A DNA stretch of 64,000 nucleotides, taken from IMG/VR virus record IMGVR_UViG_3300030085_002643; one strand, written 5' to 3'. This DNA is from an uncultured virus (IMG/VR IMGVR_UViG_3300030085_002643). Taxonomy: Duplodnaviria; Heunggongvirae; Uroviricota; Caudoviricetes; Kyanoviridae. Positions 1 through 9,415 of the stretch are shown in pieces (positions within the stretch are counted from its first letter, which is position 1; the number at the start of each line of letters is the position of its first letter). A program made the position numbers and the translations under genes. The notes beneath the pieces are model-generated. The model had not been told where the DNA came from. It did not search any database and saw only the letters and a program-made list of their open reading frames with translations.

Positions 1-228
1 TTGGTGAGAAAGATTAGTATGACTATGTTCTTGAATGATCAGTACGAAGGAGGCGAGTTTGATTTGGAGATATATAAACCAGAGACAGATCCAAGATACG
101 CAACCTTCAAGTTGAAATCTGGATCTGCCATTTTTTTCCAAAGTGATCAATGGCATAGGGTACGCCCTATCATCTCTGGAACTCGTGAATCTTTAGTGGC
201 GTGGTTTTATGGACCTCCTTATTCGTAA
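1..228 (+). CDS. 2OG-Fe(II) oxygenase (C-terminal part, truncated by window edge)
   Basis: RKISMTMFLNDQYEGGEF...FFQSDQWHRVRPIISGTRESLVAW shows the distal His and R-x-S motifs of prolyl-hydroxylase-like dioxygenases. Confidence 0.85.
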   Translation: MVRKISMTMFLNDQYEGGEFDLEIYKPETDPRYATFKLKSGSAIFFQSDQWHRVRPIISGTRESLVAWFYGPPYS

Positions 229-1675
229 AAAGAATGAAGTTTATTTAAAAGTAGATGCAGAACCAGGATTAAATTATGAACTAGCAGACTTCTTTACCTT
301 TGAAATTGAGTCTGCAAAGTATATGCAGAAGACTCGACGTTACAAAGGTTGGGATGGAAAGATTCGTTTATACTCACCAGCAACAGGTGAGATATATTGT
401 GGTCTCATTGATTATCTTTTAGATTGGGCGGATGAGAAAGGATACAAATATAAAATGGAAGACTGCGAATACTTCGGTCATCCATTAGAAAGAAATGATA
501 TGATTACCCCACAAGGTGTGGCAGGGTTTGTGAAATCCCTTCGTCTGCCATTTCCTGTTAGGGACTATCAATACAAAGCAATATACGAGGCACTAAAATA
601 TAATAGACGTTTGCTGTTATCTCCAACAGCGTCAGGCAAGTCTCTAATGATCTATGCATTAGTACGTTATCATAGAAATGCAAACAGAGATGTCTTAATT
701 GTTGTACCTACCACTTCTTTGGTGGAGCAGATGTACAAAGACTTTGAAGAATATGGATGGATGGCGACCAAAGATTGCCACAAAATATATGCGGGGGCAG
801 AAAAATATACGAACCATGGCGTAGTAATTACCACTTGGCAATCTATTTACAAGGAACCGCGTAAGTGGTTTGACAGGTTTGATGTCGTGATCGGTGACGA
901 GGCGCACCTTTTCAAAGCTAAATCTCTGACTTCTCTTATGAGTAAGTTGCATGAGTGTAAGTATAGAATTGGATTTACAGGTACACTTGATGGTGCCAAT
1001 GTCAACCAGTTAGTTCTGGAAGGTGTTTTTGGTAGATGTTCTCAAGTTACAAAAACTAATCAATTAATGGCAGCAGGTCATGTTGCCAAACTCAAAGTAA
1101 AGATTGTGTTGTTGAAGCACGAAGAGAAATTGTTTGAGGGGTATCAGGATGAGATTGGATACCTTGTAGAGCATGAAGGTAGGAATAGATTCATTCGTAA
1201 TCTTGCGCGAGATCTCAAAGGAAACACACTTGTCCTCTTCAATTATGTAGAACGTCACGGACAACCACTTTACGACTTGATAAATAGTGGTACTGGGAGA
1301 CCAGTATATTTTGTTCATGGCGGAGTAGATGTTGATGATAGGGAAGAAACCCGCAGGTTGACTGAGATTTCGGATAATGCAATCATTATTGCATCCTATG
1401 GAACTTTCTCTACTGGTATCAATATTAAAAACTTACATAACGTTATTTTCGCTAGTCCTTCTAAGTCCAGAGTTCGCAACCTACAATCCATCGGTCGTGT
1501 ACTAAGGAAAGGCGAGAATAAATCACAAGCAACATTATATGATATTGCGGATGACATCTCCACTGACAGGGGTAATAACTATACCCTTAATCATTTGATG
1601 GAGAGAGTTAAGATATACAATCAAGAAAAATTTCAGTATGAAATCATAGATGTAAAATTAAAGGCTTATGATTAA
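209..1675 (+). CDS. uvsW: UvsW SF2 DNA/RNA-DNA helicase
   Basis: SPTASGKS Walker A, DEAH box, GFTGT and QSIGRVLR motifs; T4-like synteny. Confidence 0.97.
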   Translation: MDLLIRKKNEVYLKVDAEPGLNYELADFFTFEIESAKYMQKTRRYKGWDGKIRLYSPATGEIYCGLIDYLLDWADEKGYKYKMEDCEYFGHPLERNDMITPQGVAGFVKSLRLPFPVRDYQYKAIYEALKYNRRLLLSPTASGKSLMIYALVRYHRNANRDVLIVVPTTSLVEQMYKDFEEYGWMATKDCHKIYAGAEKYTNHGVVITTWQSIYKEPRKWFDRFDVVIGDEAHLFKAKSLTSLMSKLHECKYRIGFTGTLDGANVNQLVLEGVFGRCSQVTKTNQLMAAGHVAKLKVKIVLLKHEEKLFEGYQDEIGYLVEHEGRNRFIRNLARDLKGNTLVLFNYVERHGQPLYDLINSGTGRPVYFVHGGVDVDDREETRRLTEISDNAIIIASYGTFSTGINIKNLHNVIFASPSKSRVRNLQSIGRVLRKGENKSQATLYDIADDISTDRGNNYTLNHLMERVKIYNQEKFQYEIIDVKLKAYD

Positions 1676-2093
1676 CTACGCAAAACACGACGAAGAGTTC
1701 TACGGGATTTTCAAACTAGTTTCTGGTGAGGAAGTCCTTGGTAAAGCTGTAATTACAGATGATGAGAATGAAACTTTAGTATTCATTCAAGACCCAGTAG
1801 CGGTTCAAGTAATTACTAAAGAGATTGATGAACAAAAGGTTGCTCGTGGCATGGGATTCGCGCCATGGATGCAGATGTCTGATGAAGATTTCTTTATCAT
1901 AAGAGAGAAGGATATTATTGCCGTCGCCTCTATGAAAAAAGAAATGATTATCCTCTATGAAGCATATCTCTTAGGAGAAGGCGGCATGGATAAAAAGAAA
2001 AAAGAAACTCACCTAGAACTAGATCAAAGCATGGGGTATCTAGGTAGTATCGACAACGCCAGATCTTTATTTGAAAAGATCTATAGAAGCTAG
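1668..2093 (+). CDS. Conserved cyanomyophage hypothetical protein (possible Sm-like beta fold)
   Basis: FKLVSGEEVLG N-terminal motif; position between uvsW and gp55. Confidence 0.7.
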   Translation: MINYAKHDEEFYGIFKLVSGEEVLGKAVITDDENETLVFIQDPVAVQVITKEIDEQKVARGMGFAPWMQMSDEDFFIIREKDIIAVASMKKEMIILYEAYLLGEGGMDKKKKETHLELDQSMGYLGSIDNARSLFEKIYRS

Positions 2094-2119
2094 AATATCT
2101 CTGAACCCTTGACATGGTT

Positions 2120-2148
2120 ATTCTATCGAGACTTGACGTTTTTGTCAA
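2120..2148 (-). promoter_or_regulatory. Antisense sigma70-like promoter overlapping the gp55 promoter
   Basis: Minus strand reads TTGACA-17-TAGAAT. Confidence 0.5.
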
Positions 2149-2160
2149 GTGTGTTATAAT
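2133..2160 (+). promoter_or_regulatory. Sigma70-like promoter for gp55
   Basis: TTGACG-16-TATAAT with TG upstream of the -10; inverted repeat ACTTGAC/GTCAAGT at 2131-2150. Confidence 0.6.
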
Positions 2161-2180
2161 GTACACAAAGCAAAAGTTAT

Positions 2181-2654
2181 ATGAAAAAACTTTCTCCGAA
2201 AAAGAAACAGCACTATGTAGATAACAAACAGTTCCTTGAAGCTATTGTAAAGTACAAGGAAGAGGTAACTTATGCTGCGGAGAATAGTCTGCCGAAACCT
2301 CGTGTGAATAATTACATTGGAGGTTGTTTTCTAAAGATCGCTACGCATTTATCTTATAGACCAAATTTTATTAATTACATGTACAAAGATGACATGGTAT
2401 GTGATGGCATTGAAAATTGTATTCAATATATTGACAACTTTGATCCTGCTAAGTCAAAGAATCCATTTGCGTATTTTACACAGATTGTATACTATGCTTT
2501 CCTCAGGCGTATCGCCAAGGAAAAAAGGCAGATGGATATCAAGGATAAGATCCTTGAGAAGTCTGGATATGATCATGTATTCAGTGTTGACGGCGACGGC
2601 GGATCGGAGTATAATCAGATTAAGTCCCGTGTCGAAATGAATTCTAAACGATGA
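2181..2654 (+). CDS. gp55: Late-transcription sigma factor gp55
   Basis: HYVDNKQFL, FLKIATHLSYRPNFINY and NPFAYFTQI motifs. Confidence 0.97.
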   Translation: MKKLSPKKKQHYVDNKQFLEAIVKYKEEVTYAAENSLPKPRVNNYIGGCFLKIATHLSYRPNFINYMYKDDMVCDGIENCIQYIDNFDPAKSKNPFAYFTQIVYYAFLRRIAKEKRQMDIKDKILEKSGYDHVFSVDGDGGSEYNQIKSRVEMNSKR

Positions 2655-3280
2655 GTGGTATTCCATTACTACACACACCAGACACTTTCAATCCCAATCG
2701 CCCTGGACCAGTTTACGATTTTACAGATGCTCCTTCTGATGTTAGAAGCATCATTCATTGTATTAACTTTTTAGGCGACGATTTGGTAGGTGCTGAAATC
2801 GGTGTGTGCAAAGGGTTCAGTTTTATGACCCTTTTACATAATTGTTCTATCAAAAAATTGTATGGTGTAGATAGTTATTTGCCATACGATGATTATCTAA
2901 TTGAAAAATATGATGGGGTAACTGCTAATTATTCTATTGATGAGAAACAGATTAAGTATAATAGGGCAGTATGTTATAATAATATAGAGTATTCAGGACA
3001 CAAAGATAAAGTAATCTTTCTCGAAAAAGATTCAAACGATGCAGCAAATGATATTGAAGATGCATCATTAGATTTTATCTTTATCGATACTTACATGACT
3101 TATGAACAAGCATGTCAAGATATTGAAACCTGGTATCCTAAAGTTAAACCTGGTGGTATTTTTGCTGGACATGATTACAGATGTCCTGTAATTGAACAGG
3201 TGATTACTAACTTTAGAAAGAAGAATAGTATTGATAATAGAATGAGTATTTTTGACAACACCTTTATTTGGTACAAATGA
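2651..3280 (+). CDS. Class I SAM-dependent methyltransferase (Methyltransf_24-like)
   Basis: GAEIGVCKG motif I, LDFIFID, WYPKVKPGGIFAGHDY. Confidence 0.85.
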   Translation: MSGIPLLHTPDTFNPNRPGPVYDFTDAPSDVRSIIHCINFLGDDLVGAEIGVCKGFSFMTLLHNCSIKKLYGVDSYLPYDDYLIEKYDGVTANYSIDEKQIKYNRAVCYNNIEYSGHKDKVIFLEKDSNDAANDIEDASLDFIFIDTYMTYEQACQDIETWYPKVKPGGIFAGHDYRCPVIEQVITNFRKKNSIDNRMSIFDNTFIWYK

Positions 3281-4311
3281 AAGTCCTTCTAATTACTGAT
3301 CAGCACTTTGGTGTTCGTAATGACAATGTTCACTTTATTGAGCATTATAAAAAATTTTATAGTGAGGTAGTATTACCTTTCATTGATACCCATAGTATTG
3401 ATACTATCATCTGTTTAGGTGATACGTTTGACAAACGTCGTTCTATCAATTTCATGTCGCTGGAATCAGCGAAAGAAATGTGGTTTGGTCCTCTTGAAGA
3501 GAGAGGAGTTCGTATGCACATGCTAGTAGGTAATCATGATATTTACTACAAGAACACTTTACGAATTAACGCCCCAAGTGAGTTACTTGGAGAATATGGG
3601 AACATCAGTGTCTATGATAGACCTACTACCATTGATGTTGGTGGTGTTTCTATACTTCTTCTGCCTTGGATATGCGACGAAAACTACGATGAATCCTTTA
3701 GATCTGTTGCAGAAAGTTCTGCTCCTGTCTGCATGGGGCATCTTGAGCTTAACGGGTTTGAAGCTCATCCTGGTCATGTGATGCACAATGGTATGGATAA
3801 GTCATTGTTCAGTAAATTCAAACGAGTTTTTAGTGGTCATTATCACATGAAATCCAAGAAAGATAATGTACACTATCTTGGTAACCCATATCAATTATAC
3901 TGGAATGATTACGGATGTAAAAGAGGATTTCACGTCTTTAATACAGACACTCTCAAAACTACTTTTTATCGGAATCCCTTTGATGTTTTTCATAAATTGT
4001 ATTATAATAATGGAGTTAGTATTCCAGAAGGAGACGAACTCAAAGGAGCATTTGTCAAACTGATCGTTGAAGATAAAGGCGATTATGCCAAGTTTGATTA
4101 TGCAGTAACTCAATTGCAAAACTCGGGTCTCGCTGATCTAAAAATTATTGAAGATCTTAGTGTTGATCTTGAAAATAATAATGCGGTGATGGAATCCGAA
4201 GACACAATGACCTTGTTAGATAACTACATAGATGAGATAGACCTAAGGGTCAGTAAAGATAATGTAAAAAGTTTATTGAGATCGTTGTATACAGAAGCAA
4301 TTGAACTATAA
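3277..4311 (+). CDS. gp47: Recombination endonuclease subunit gp47 (Mre11/SbcD-like)
   Basis: DQHFG, LGDTFD, GNHD and SGHYH metallophosphoesterase motifs. Confidence 0.97.
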   Translation: MKVLLITDQHFGVRNDNVHFIEHYKKFYSEVVLPFIDTHSIDTIICLGDTFDKRRSINFMSLESAKEMWFGPLEERGVRMHMLVGNHDIYYKNTLRINAPSELLGEYGNISVYDRPTTIDVGGVSILLLPWICDENYDESFRSVAESSAPVCMGHLELNGFEAHPGHVMHNGMDKSLFSKFKRVFSGHYHMKSKKDNVHYLGNPYQLYWNDYGCKRGFHVFNTDTLKTTFYRNPFDVFHKLYYNNGVSIPEGDELKGAFVKLIVEDKGDYAKFDYAVTQLQNSGLADLKIIEDLSVDLENNNAVMESEDTMTLLDNYIDEIDLRVSKDNVKSLLRSLYTEAIEL

Positions 4312-4562
4312 TGTTTATCTTAACAGACAAATTATCAGGCGGTATCTACGCAGTTCAGAATCAAGATATGAAAAAGACTGTACATATCTTTGAGGAGAAG
4401 GATGATGCTGTACGATATGTTGAGATGCTAAACGCAGATGATTATCCTGATGAATTAGAATTGATGGAAATCGATACTAATGTCGTCGCTATCAACTGCG
4501 ACAAATATGGTTACAATTATTCTATTGTTAGAAAAGACGATCTTGTTATCCCACCCTCATGA
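4311..4562 (+). CDS. Conserved hypothetical protein
   Basis: Coupled ORF between gp47 and gp46; FEEKDDAVRY motif. Confidence 0.75.
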   Translation: MFILTDKLSGGIYAVQNQDMKKTVHIFEEKDDAVRYVEMLNADDYPDELELMEIDTNVVAINCDKYGYNYSIVRKDDLVIPPS

Positions 4563-6280
4563 TTTTATTTGAAAGTATTCGTTGGAAGAATTTTCTTTCA
4601 ACAGGTGATCAGTGGACTGAGATTGAACTCACTGAAAGTTCCTCCACTCTTATTGTTGGTGCCAATGGCGCAGGAAAGTCCACCATGCTGGACGCTTTGT
4701 GCTTTGCTTTGTTCAACAAACCATTCCGAAAGATCAATCGTGGACAGTTGGTAAACAGTATCAACGAAAAAGGTCTGAAGGTAGAAGTGTGCTTTACTAT
4801 AGGTCGTGATGAATATCGGGTATTCCGAGGAGCAAAACCCAATGTCTTTGAACTTTATAAGAATAACAAACTGGTTGACCAGGACGCTGCTGCAAAAGAC
4901 ACCCAGAAATATCTGGAGCAGTCAGTCCTCAAACTCAATTTCAAGTCATTCACTCAAGTTGTTATACTCGGATCGTCAACTTTTGTCCCCTTCATGCAAC
5001 TGCCTGCCGCTCACAGGAGAGAAGTTATTGAAGATCTACTCGACATCAATGTCTTCTCGAACATGAATCAATTGCTGAAGGATAGAGTCCGAGCAGCAAC
5101 AGAACAGAGTAAAGAATGTCAATACATGTTGAGTCTTGCAAGACAGAAAGTTGATGCACAGCAGAAACTAATTGGAACATTGGTGGAAGTTAATGAGAAT
5201 AGGCAGGTAGAAAAGAATCATCAATTAGTTGTTAATCAGGATAAAGTAAAAACTTTAAAAGAAAGAATTGAAAAACGAAAGACAGATTTAAAAAATAGAG
5301 AGAAAGGTATCTTTGATACTACTGAGTACAATGATATGTTGGACAATCTGAAACAACAGAAGTCTGACTATACAGCAAATCTCAAACGATGTATTAGTGA
5401 CCATAAGTTTTATACTAAGCATGAGAATTGTCCTTCTTGTGGACAACACATTGATATGGAATTGCGTCAAGCAAAAACAGAATTGCTTGCAGCACAAGGA
5501 GTTGAACTAAACAAAGCAGTTCAACATATAGAAACTCAATTGGATGATACTATTGATGTAATTAAAAAGATCAATGAAATTGCACTAGAGTTCAATAATG
5601 ATAAATCAGAACTCAATAATTGGGGTAGTGAATTAAATCGTTTAGAATCTGAAGCAGTAGAAATCAACAGAAAACTTCTTGAGTTGCAACAGAATACTCC
5701 CAACATTGATAGTGAAGAAGAAGTTCTTTTTGCTCTCAATAAAGAGTATATGGATACTCAGAAAGATTGTTCTGAAGTTAGTCGTCAGTTAGATGAGTAT
5801 AATGTTACTGCAACTTTATTGAAAGACTCTGGTATCAAGCGTCAGATTATCAAGAAATACGTTCCTGTTTTCAATAATCTGATCAATAAATATCTGCATA
5901 GCATGGACTTCTTTGTCAACTTTACCCTTGATGAAGAATTCAATGAAGTTATCAAGAGTCGATTTAGAGATGAGTTTTCATACGCTTCCTTCTCGGAAGG
6001 TGAGAAGCAGAAGATTGATCTGGCACTATTGTTTACATGGCGTGAAGTTGCTCGCATGAAGAATAGTGTTGCTACAAATCTTTTGATTCTTGATGAAGTT
6101 TTTGATAGTTCTCTCGATGCTTCTGGCACTGCTGAACTATTGCAAATTCTTCGTGGTCTTGGAAATGATTCCAATGTTTTTGTTATCAGTCACAAGGGTG
6201 AAATTCTTGTGGACAAGTTTCTACGAACAATTAAATTTGAAAAGATAAATGATTTCTCGAAGATGTCAGACGATTCGTAA
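4559..6280 (+). CDS. gp46: Recombination endonuclease subunit gp46 (Rad50/SbcC-like)
   Basis: GANGAGKS, CPSC zinc hook, FSEGEKQKIDLALL, ILDEVFD. Confidence 0.97.
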   Translation: MILFESIRWKNFLSTGDQWTEIELTESSSTLIVGANGAGKSTMLDALCFALFNKPFRKINRGQLVNSINEKGLKVEVCFTIGRDEYRVFRGAKPNVFELYKNNKLVDQDAAAKDTQKYLEQSVLKLNFKSFTQVVILGSSTFVPFMQLPAAHRREVIEDLLDINVFSNMNQLLKDRVRAATEQSKECQYMLSLARQKVDAQQKLIGTLVEVNENRQVEKNHQLVVNQDKVKTLKERIEKRKTDLKNREKGIFDTTEYNDMLDNLKQQKSDYTANLKRCISDHKFYTKHENCPSCGQHIDMELRQAKTELLAAQGVELNKAVQHIETQLDDTIDVIKKINEIALEFNNDKSELNNWGSELNRLESEAVEINRKLLELQQNTPNIDSEEEVLFALNKEYMDTQKDCSEVSRQLDEYNVTATLLKDSGIKRQIIKKYVPVFNNLINKYLHSMDFFVNFTLDEEFNEVIKSRFRDEFSYASFSEGEKQKIDLALLFTWREVARMKNSVATNLLILDEVFDSSLDASGTAELLQILRGLGNDSNVFVISHKGEILVDKFLRTIKFEKINDFSKMSDDS

Positions 6281-6482
6281 TGCATGGAGAGTCTGGGCAA
6301 AGGCATTAGGTGCGAAGGATGGACGAACAAACAGAGAAGCTGATACTATTGCTGGCATACGCACCCTTATTTTTATCGCTTACATGGTTACCAATGTGGC
6401 TATCGTTGCCAATGCAGTGAGGCATTGGGACAATAATAAAAGTGTCCACCCTATTGACCATTGCCAATCTGATCTGCTATGA
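6249..6482 (+). CDS. Small hypothetical membrane protein
   Basis: WRVWAKALG...EAD...RT motif plus one hydrophobic helix; start uncertain. Confidence 0.65.
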   Translation: MISRRCQTIRNAWRVWAKALGAKDGRTNREADTIAGIRTLIFIAYMVTNVAIVANAVRHWDNNKSVHPIDHCQSDLL

Positions 6483-6483
6483 T
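6440..6483 (+). promoter_or_regulatory. Early promoter with upstream AAGTGTCCAC motif
   Basis: TTGCCA-like/TTGACC element and TGCTATGAT extended -10; upstream motif shared with three other promoters. Confidence 0.55.
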
Positions 6484-6503
6484 GTATACATCTAAAGAAT
6501 CCT

Positions 6504-8660
6504 ATGATCAATCAAGAAGTTAAAGGAACCCTCGCCAAACTACTGGCAACCGAAAACCTCAACGTTGAGCATCGTCGGGTCAGCACTGCATCCTTTGATG
6601 TTGACAAGCGACTTTTGATTCTTCCTATTTGGAAGACTGCATCCTCTACAGTATATGACCTTCTGGTTGGTCATGAGGTGGGTCATGCTCTCTATACCCC
6701 CAACACTGGGTTTGGTGATGCTCCTAAGGCGTTTGTGAACGTCCTAGAGGATGCTCGTATTGAGCGTATGATGAAGGTGACCTATCCTGGTCTTCGTAAA
6801 TCTTTCTTCAAAGGATACAAAGAACTTTGGGATGATGATTTCTTTGGCGTCAAAGGTGAAGAACTTGACAAACTTCCTTTGATTGATCGTATCAATCTGT
6901 ATTACAAAGGAAATACTGCTATCCCATTCGCTGATGATGAGATGCAGTTTGTTGATGCTGCAGATGTTACTAATAGTTTTGAAGAAGTTATTGATCTTGC
7001 TAAGCGAGTTTATGAATATTCTAAAGTAAAACAAGAACAAAAAGAGCAGCAGTCTCCAGAAAATCTTCCTGAAATTGATATGGAAGGAGAAGGCGACTCT
7101 GCCGATGAAGAAGAAAAAGTACAACCAGAATCTTCTGATGAATCTGGTGATGAAGATGGTGAAGATGAACAAGAAGGATGGGATCCTACGGATGAAGACT
7201 CTTATAGTGATGATGATCCTGCTCATCTAGATGTTCCTAGTTATGAGAAAGAATACGATGAAACTAAAAGTATCACTGAAGAAGCATTGCGTGATGCACT
7301 AGAAACACTGGTTGATGATGATCAGTCTGAGTGGATTTACCTTTCTCTTCCAGATGTTGATGTAGATAAACTTATTACCCCTGCTGCTACGATTCAGGAA
7401 GAACTGAACTGCTGGTTTTACGGCAGACCTTTTGAAGAAGAAAGCAGTCAGAATTACTACTTTAGAAATCTAGAGTATGCAATGACTAAGTATGATCAGT
7501 ACAAGAAAGATTCTAGAAAGACCATCAACTATCTTGTAAAACAATTCGAGATGAAGAAGTCTGCAGACGAGTATCGTCGTGCTGCCACTTCTAAAACTGG
7601 TGTAATCAATACTAATAAGTTGCATACTTACCTCTATAATGAGGATATCTTCAAGAAAGTTACTACTATTCCTGAAGGTAAGAACCATGGATTGATCATG
7701 CATATTGACTGGTCTGGTTCTATGAGTGATGTACTACTTGATACATTGAAGCAAACTTTCAATTTGGTTTGGTTCTGTAAAAAAGTTGGTATTCCTTTCC
7801 GTGTCTACGCATTCCAAGATGGTTATAGTCACTCAAGAGGAGAGGATGAAGAAGAAGTAGTGGCAGTAGAACCAAAGCAAAATCAACTTTCTATTAGTAA
7901 GAACTTCAAACTCCTAGAGTTTCTGTCATCTCGTCAGAACGCAAAGTCTTTGGAAAAGTCTATGCAACTAATCTTCCTCCAAGCATTTGCTATGGGTGGA
8001 TGGAGAATCGGTTCTCATCCTAAGTTTGGTTTGGGCGGTACTCCACTGGTTGATGCTGTTCTTTGTACAAGGAAACTTGTATCTAAACTCAGGAATGTTG
8101 AGAAGGTTTCTAAGGTGAATGTGATTTGTCTTACCGATGGTGAGTCCAATCCTATTGCTTACGATATTGAGACTGACTCTGACTATCCTTGGTCAGATGA
8201 GTTCCGTCAAAAGTATCTGTGCCATGCATACAGAAGCACTTTCTTCTTGAAAGATCGTGAGACTGGATACACTCGGAAGATTTCTTCAGTTCCTTTTGAA
8301 ACTACAAAGGAGATTGTATCTTTCTTCCGTGAGATCACAGACTACAACTGGATTGGTATTCGCATCTGCAATAAAAACGAACTGACTAGAATTGTTCGTC
8401 ACTTTGCATATGATGAATTCGATCAAGTTGATAAGCAGTGGAAGAAAAATCGCTTCGCTTCTTTGAAGAATCAGGTTGGATTTACTGAAGCTTTCTACAT
8501 GCCTAACCAAGGAATTGGTAGTGGATCTCATGAATTGGAAGTCAAACAGAAAAACGAGGTTGCAACCAAAGCAGAACTACAACGTGCATTCAAAAAGCAC
8601 ATGGGTTCTAAAATGACAAACAAAACAATCCTTAACGCATTCATCGAGCAAATTGCTTGA
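6504..8660 (+). CDS. CobT-like metallopeptidase-VWA domain protein
   Basis: HEVGH and NVLEDARIE in the N-terminal domain, acidic linker, VWA MIDAS DWSGS, GGTPL and CLTDGE. Confidence 0.88.
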   Translation: MINQEVKGTLAKLLATENLNVEHRRVSTASFDVDKRLLILPIWKTASSTVYDLLVGHEVGHALYTPNTGFGDAPKAFVNVLEDARIERMMKVTYPGLRKSFFKGYKELWDDDFFGVKGEELDKLPLIDRINLYYKGNTAIPFADDEMQFVDAADVTNSFEEVIDLAKRVYEYSKVKQEQKEQQSPENLPEIDMEGEGDSADEEEKVQPESSDESGDEDGEDEQEGWDPTDEDSYSDDDPAHLDVPSYEKEYDETKSITEEALRDALETLVDDDQSEWIYLSLPDVDVDKLITPAATIQEELNCWFYGRPFEEESSQNYYFRNLEYAMTKYDQYKKDSRKTINYLVKQFEMKKSADEYRRAATSKTGVINTNKLHTYLYNEDIFKKVTTIPEGKNHGLIMHIDWSGSMSDVLLDTLKQTFNLVWFCKKVGIPFRVYAFQDGYSHSRGEDEEEVVAVEPKQNQLSISKNFKLLEFLSSRQNAKSLEKSMQLIFLQAFAMGGWRIGSHPKFGLGGTPLVDAVLCTRKLVSKLRNVEKVSKVNVICLTDGESNPIAYDIETDSDYPWSDEFRQKYLCHAYRSTFFLKDRETGYTRKISSVPFETTKEIVSFFREITDYNWIGIRICNKNELTRIVRHFAYDEFDQVDKQWKKNRFASLKNQVGFTEAFYMPNQGIGSGSHELEVKQKNEVATKAELQRAFKKHMGSKMTNKTILNAFIEQIA

Positions 8661-8685
8661 CAGGTGCGTATAAGGAGTGTATACT
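8657..8685 (+). promoter_or_regulatory. Sigma70-like promoter
   Basis: TTGACA-17-TATACT. Confidence 0.7.
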
Positions 8686-8729
8686 CAGACAAGTTAACAA
8701 TTTTACTAAATACAAAAAAATCTTGACTC

Positions 8730-9203
8730 ATGAAAGACTCCTGTAAACGCATGACAGCGGGGCAATTCATCAAAAAACATGGTGATCTGTCCACTGTCTT
8801 TAATATGATTGTATCTGACTATTACGGCAACGACATTCAAGCACTAGAAGCAAATATCAAAAATAAAGAAAAGGGTGGAGATCGCGTCATCATCTTTGAT
8901 AAGATGTTGGAGTGTATCGAATCGGTTAATCCCACCTTTAAGAAGATGCCTAAGGCACAGCAAGACCCTATTCGTAGAGAATATAGTCGTCTGATGTGGG
9001 AGCGTCGTCGTAAACTTGTTAATGATTGGAAGTCAAATGAGTCCTATGTTGAACCTCCAGTAAACAACGATTTCTCTGGTCTAGAAGAACTTCTAGTTGA
9101 GAATACTGATCAGGATCAGGTCACTTCGATTATCAATGCTGCAAAGCAGAATGATGCTAAGAAAGTTGTGATCGAAGGTGATCGTGTGGAGGTACACTTT
9201 TGA
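8730..9203 (+). CDS. Hypothetical protein
   Basis: 157-aa ORF with its own promoter. Confidence 0.7.
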   Translation: MKDSCKRMTAGQFIKKHGDLSTVFNMIVSDYYGNDIQALEANIKNKEKGGDRVIIFDKMLECIESVNPTFKKMPKAQQDPIRREYSRLMWERRRKLVNDWKSNESYVEPPVNNDFSGLEELLVENTDQDQVTSIINAAKQNDAKKVVIEGDRVEVHF

Positions 9204-9343
9204 AGTGTAAAGTACAACTTTATATTGCTGGAACACTCTTTGATGAGATCGTAGTTGCTAGAGACTACGAACATGCTAAGAAGATTGCACTAGCACGAAA
9301 TCCAGAAGCAACTATTATGCATGTGACAGCAGTGTTCGATTGA
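9200..9343 (+). CDS. Small conserved cyanophage protein (47 aa; not in ORF track)
   Basis: TTG start overlapping the previous stop; MKCKVQLYIAGTLFDEIVVARDYEHAKKIALARNPEATIMHVTAVFD. Confidence 0.75.
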   Translation: MKCKVQLYIAGTLFDEIVVARDYEHAKKIALARNPEATIMHVTAVFD

Positions 9344-9345
9344 AC

Positions 9346-9389
9346 AACTGTCCTATGACCTGGCACAACGCCAGGTCTTCTGCTATAAT
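9346..9389 (+). promoter_or_regulatory. Early promoter with AACTGTCC motif and internal hairpin
   Basis: AACTGTCCTA, stem GACCTGGC/GCCAGGTC, TGCTATAAT. Confidence 0.6.
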
Positions 9390-9415
9390 ATCTGTATAGA
9401 CAACAAACAAATCCA

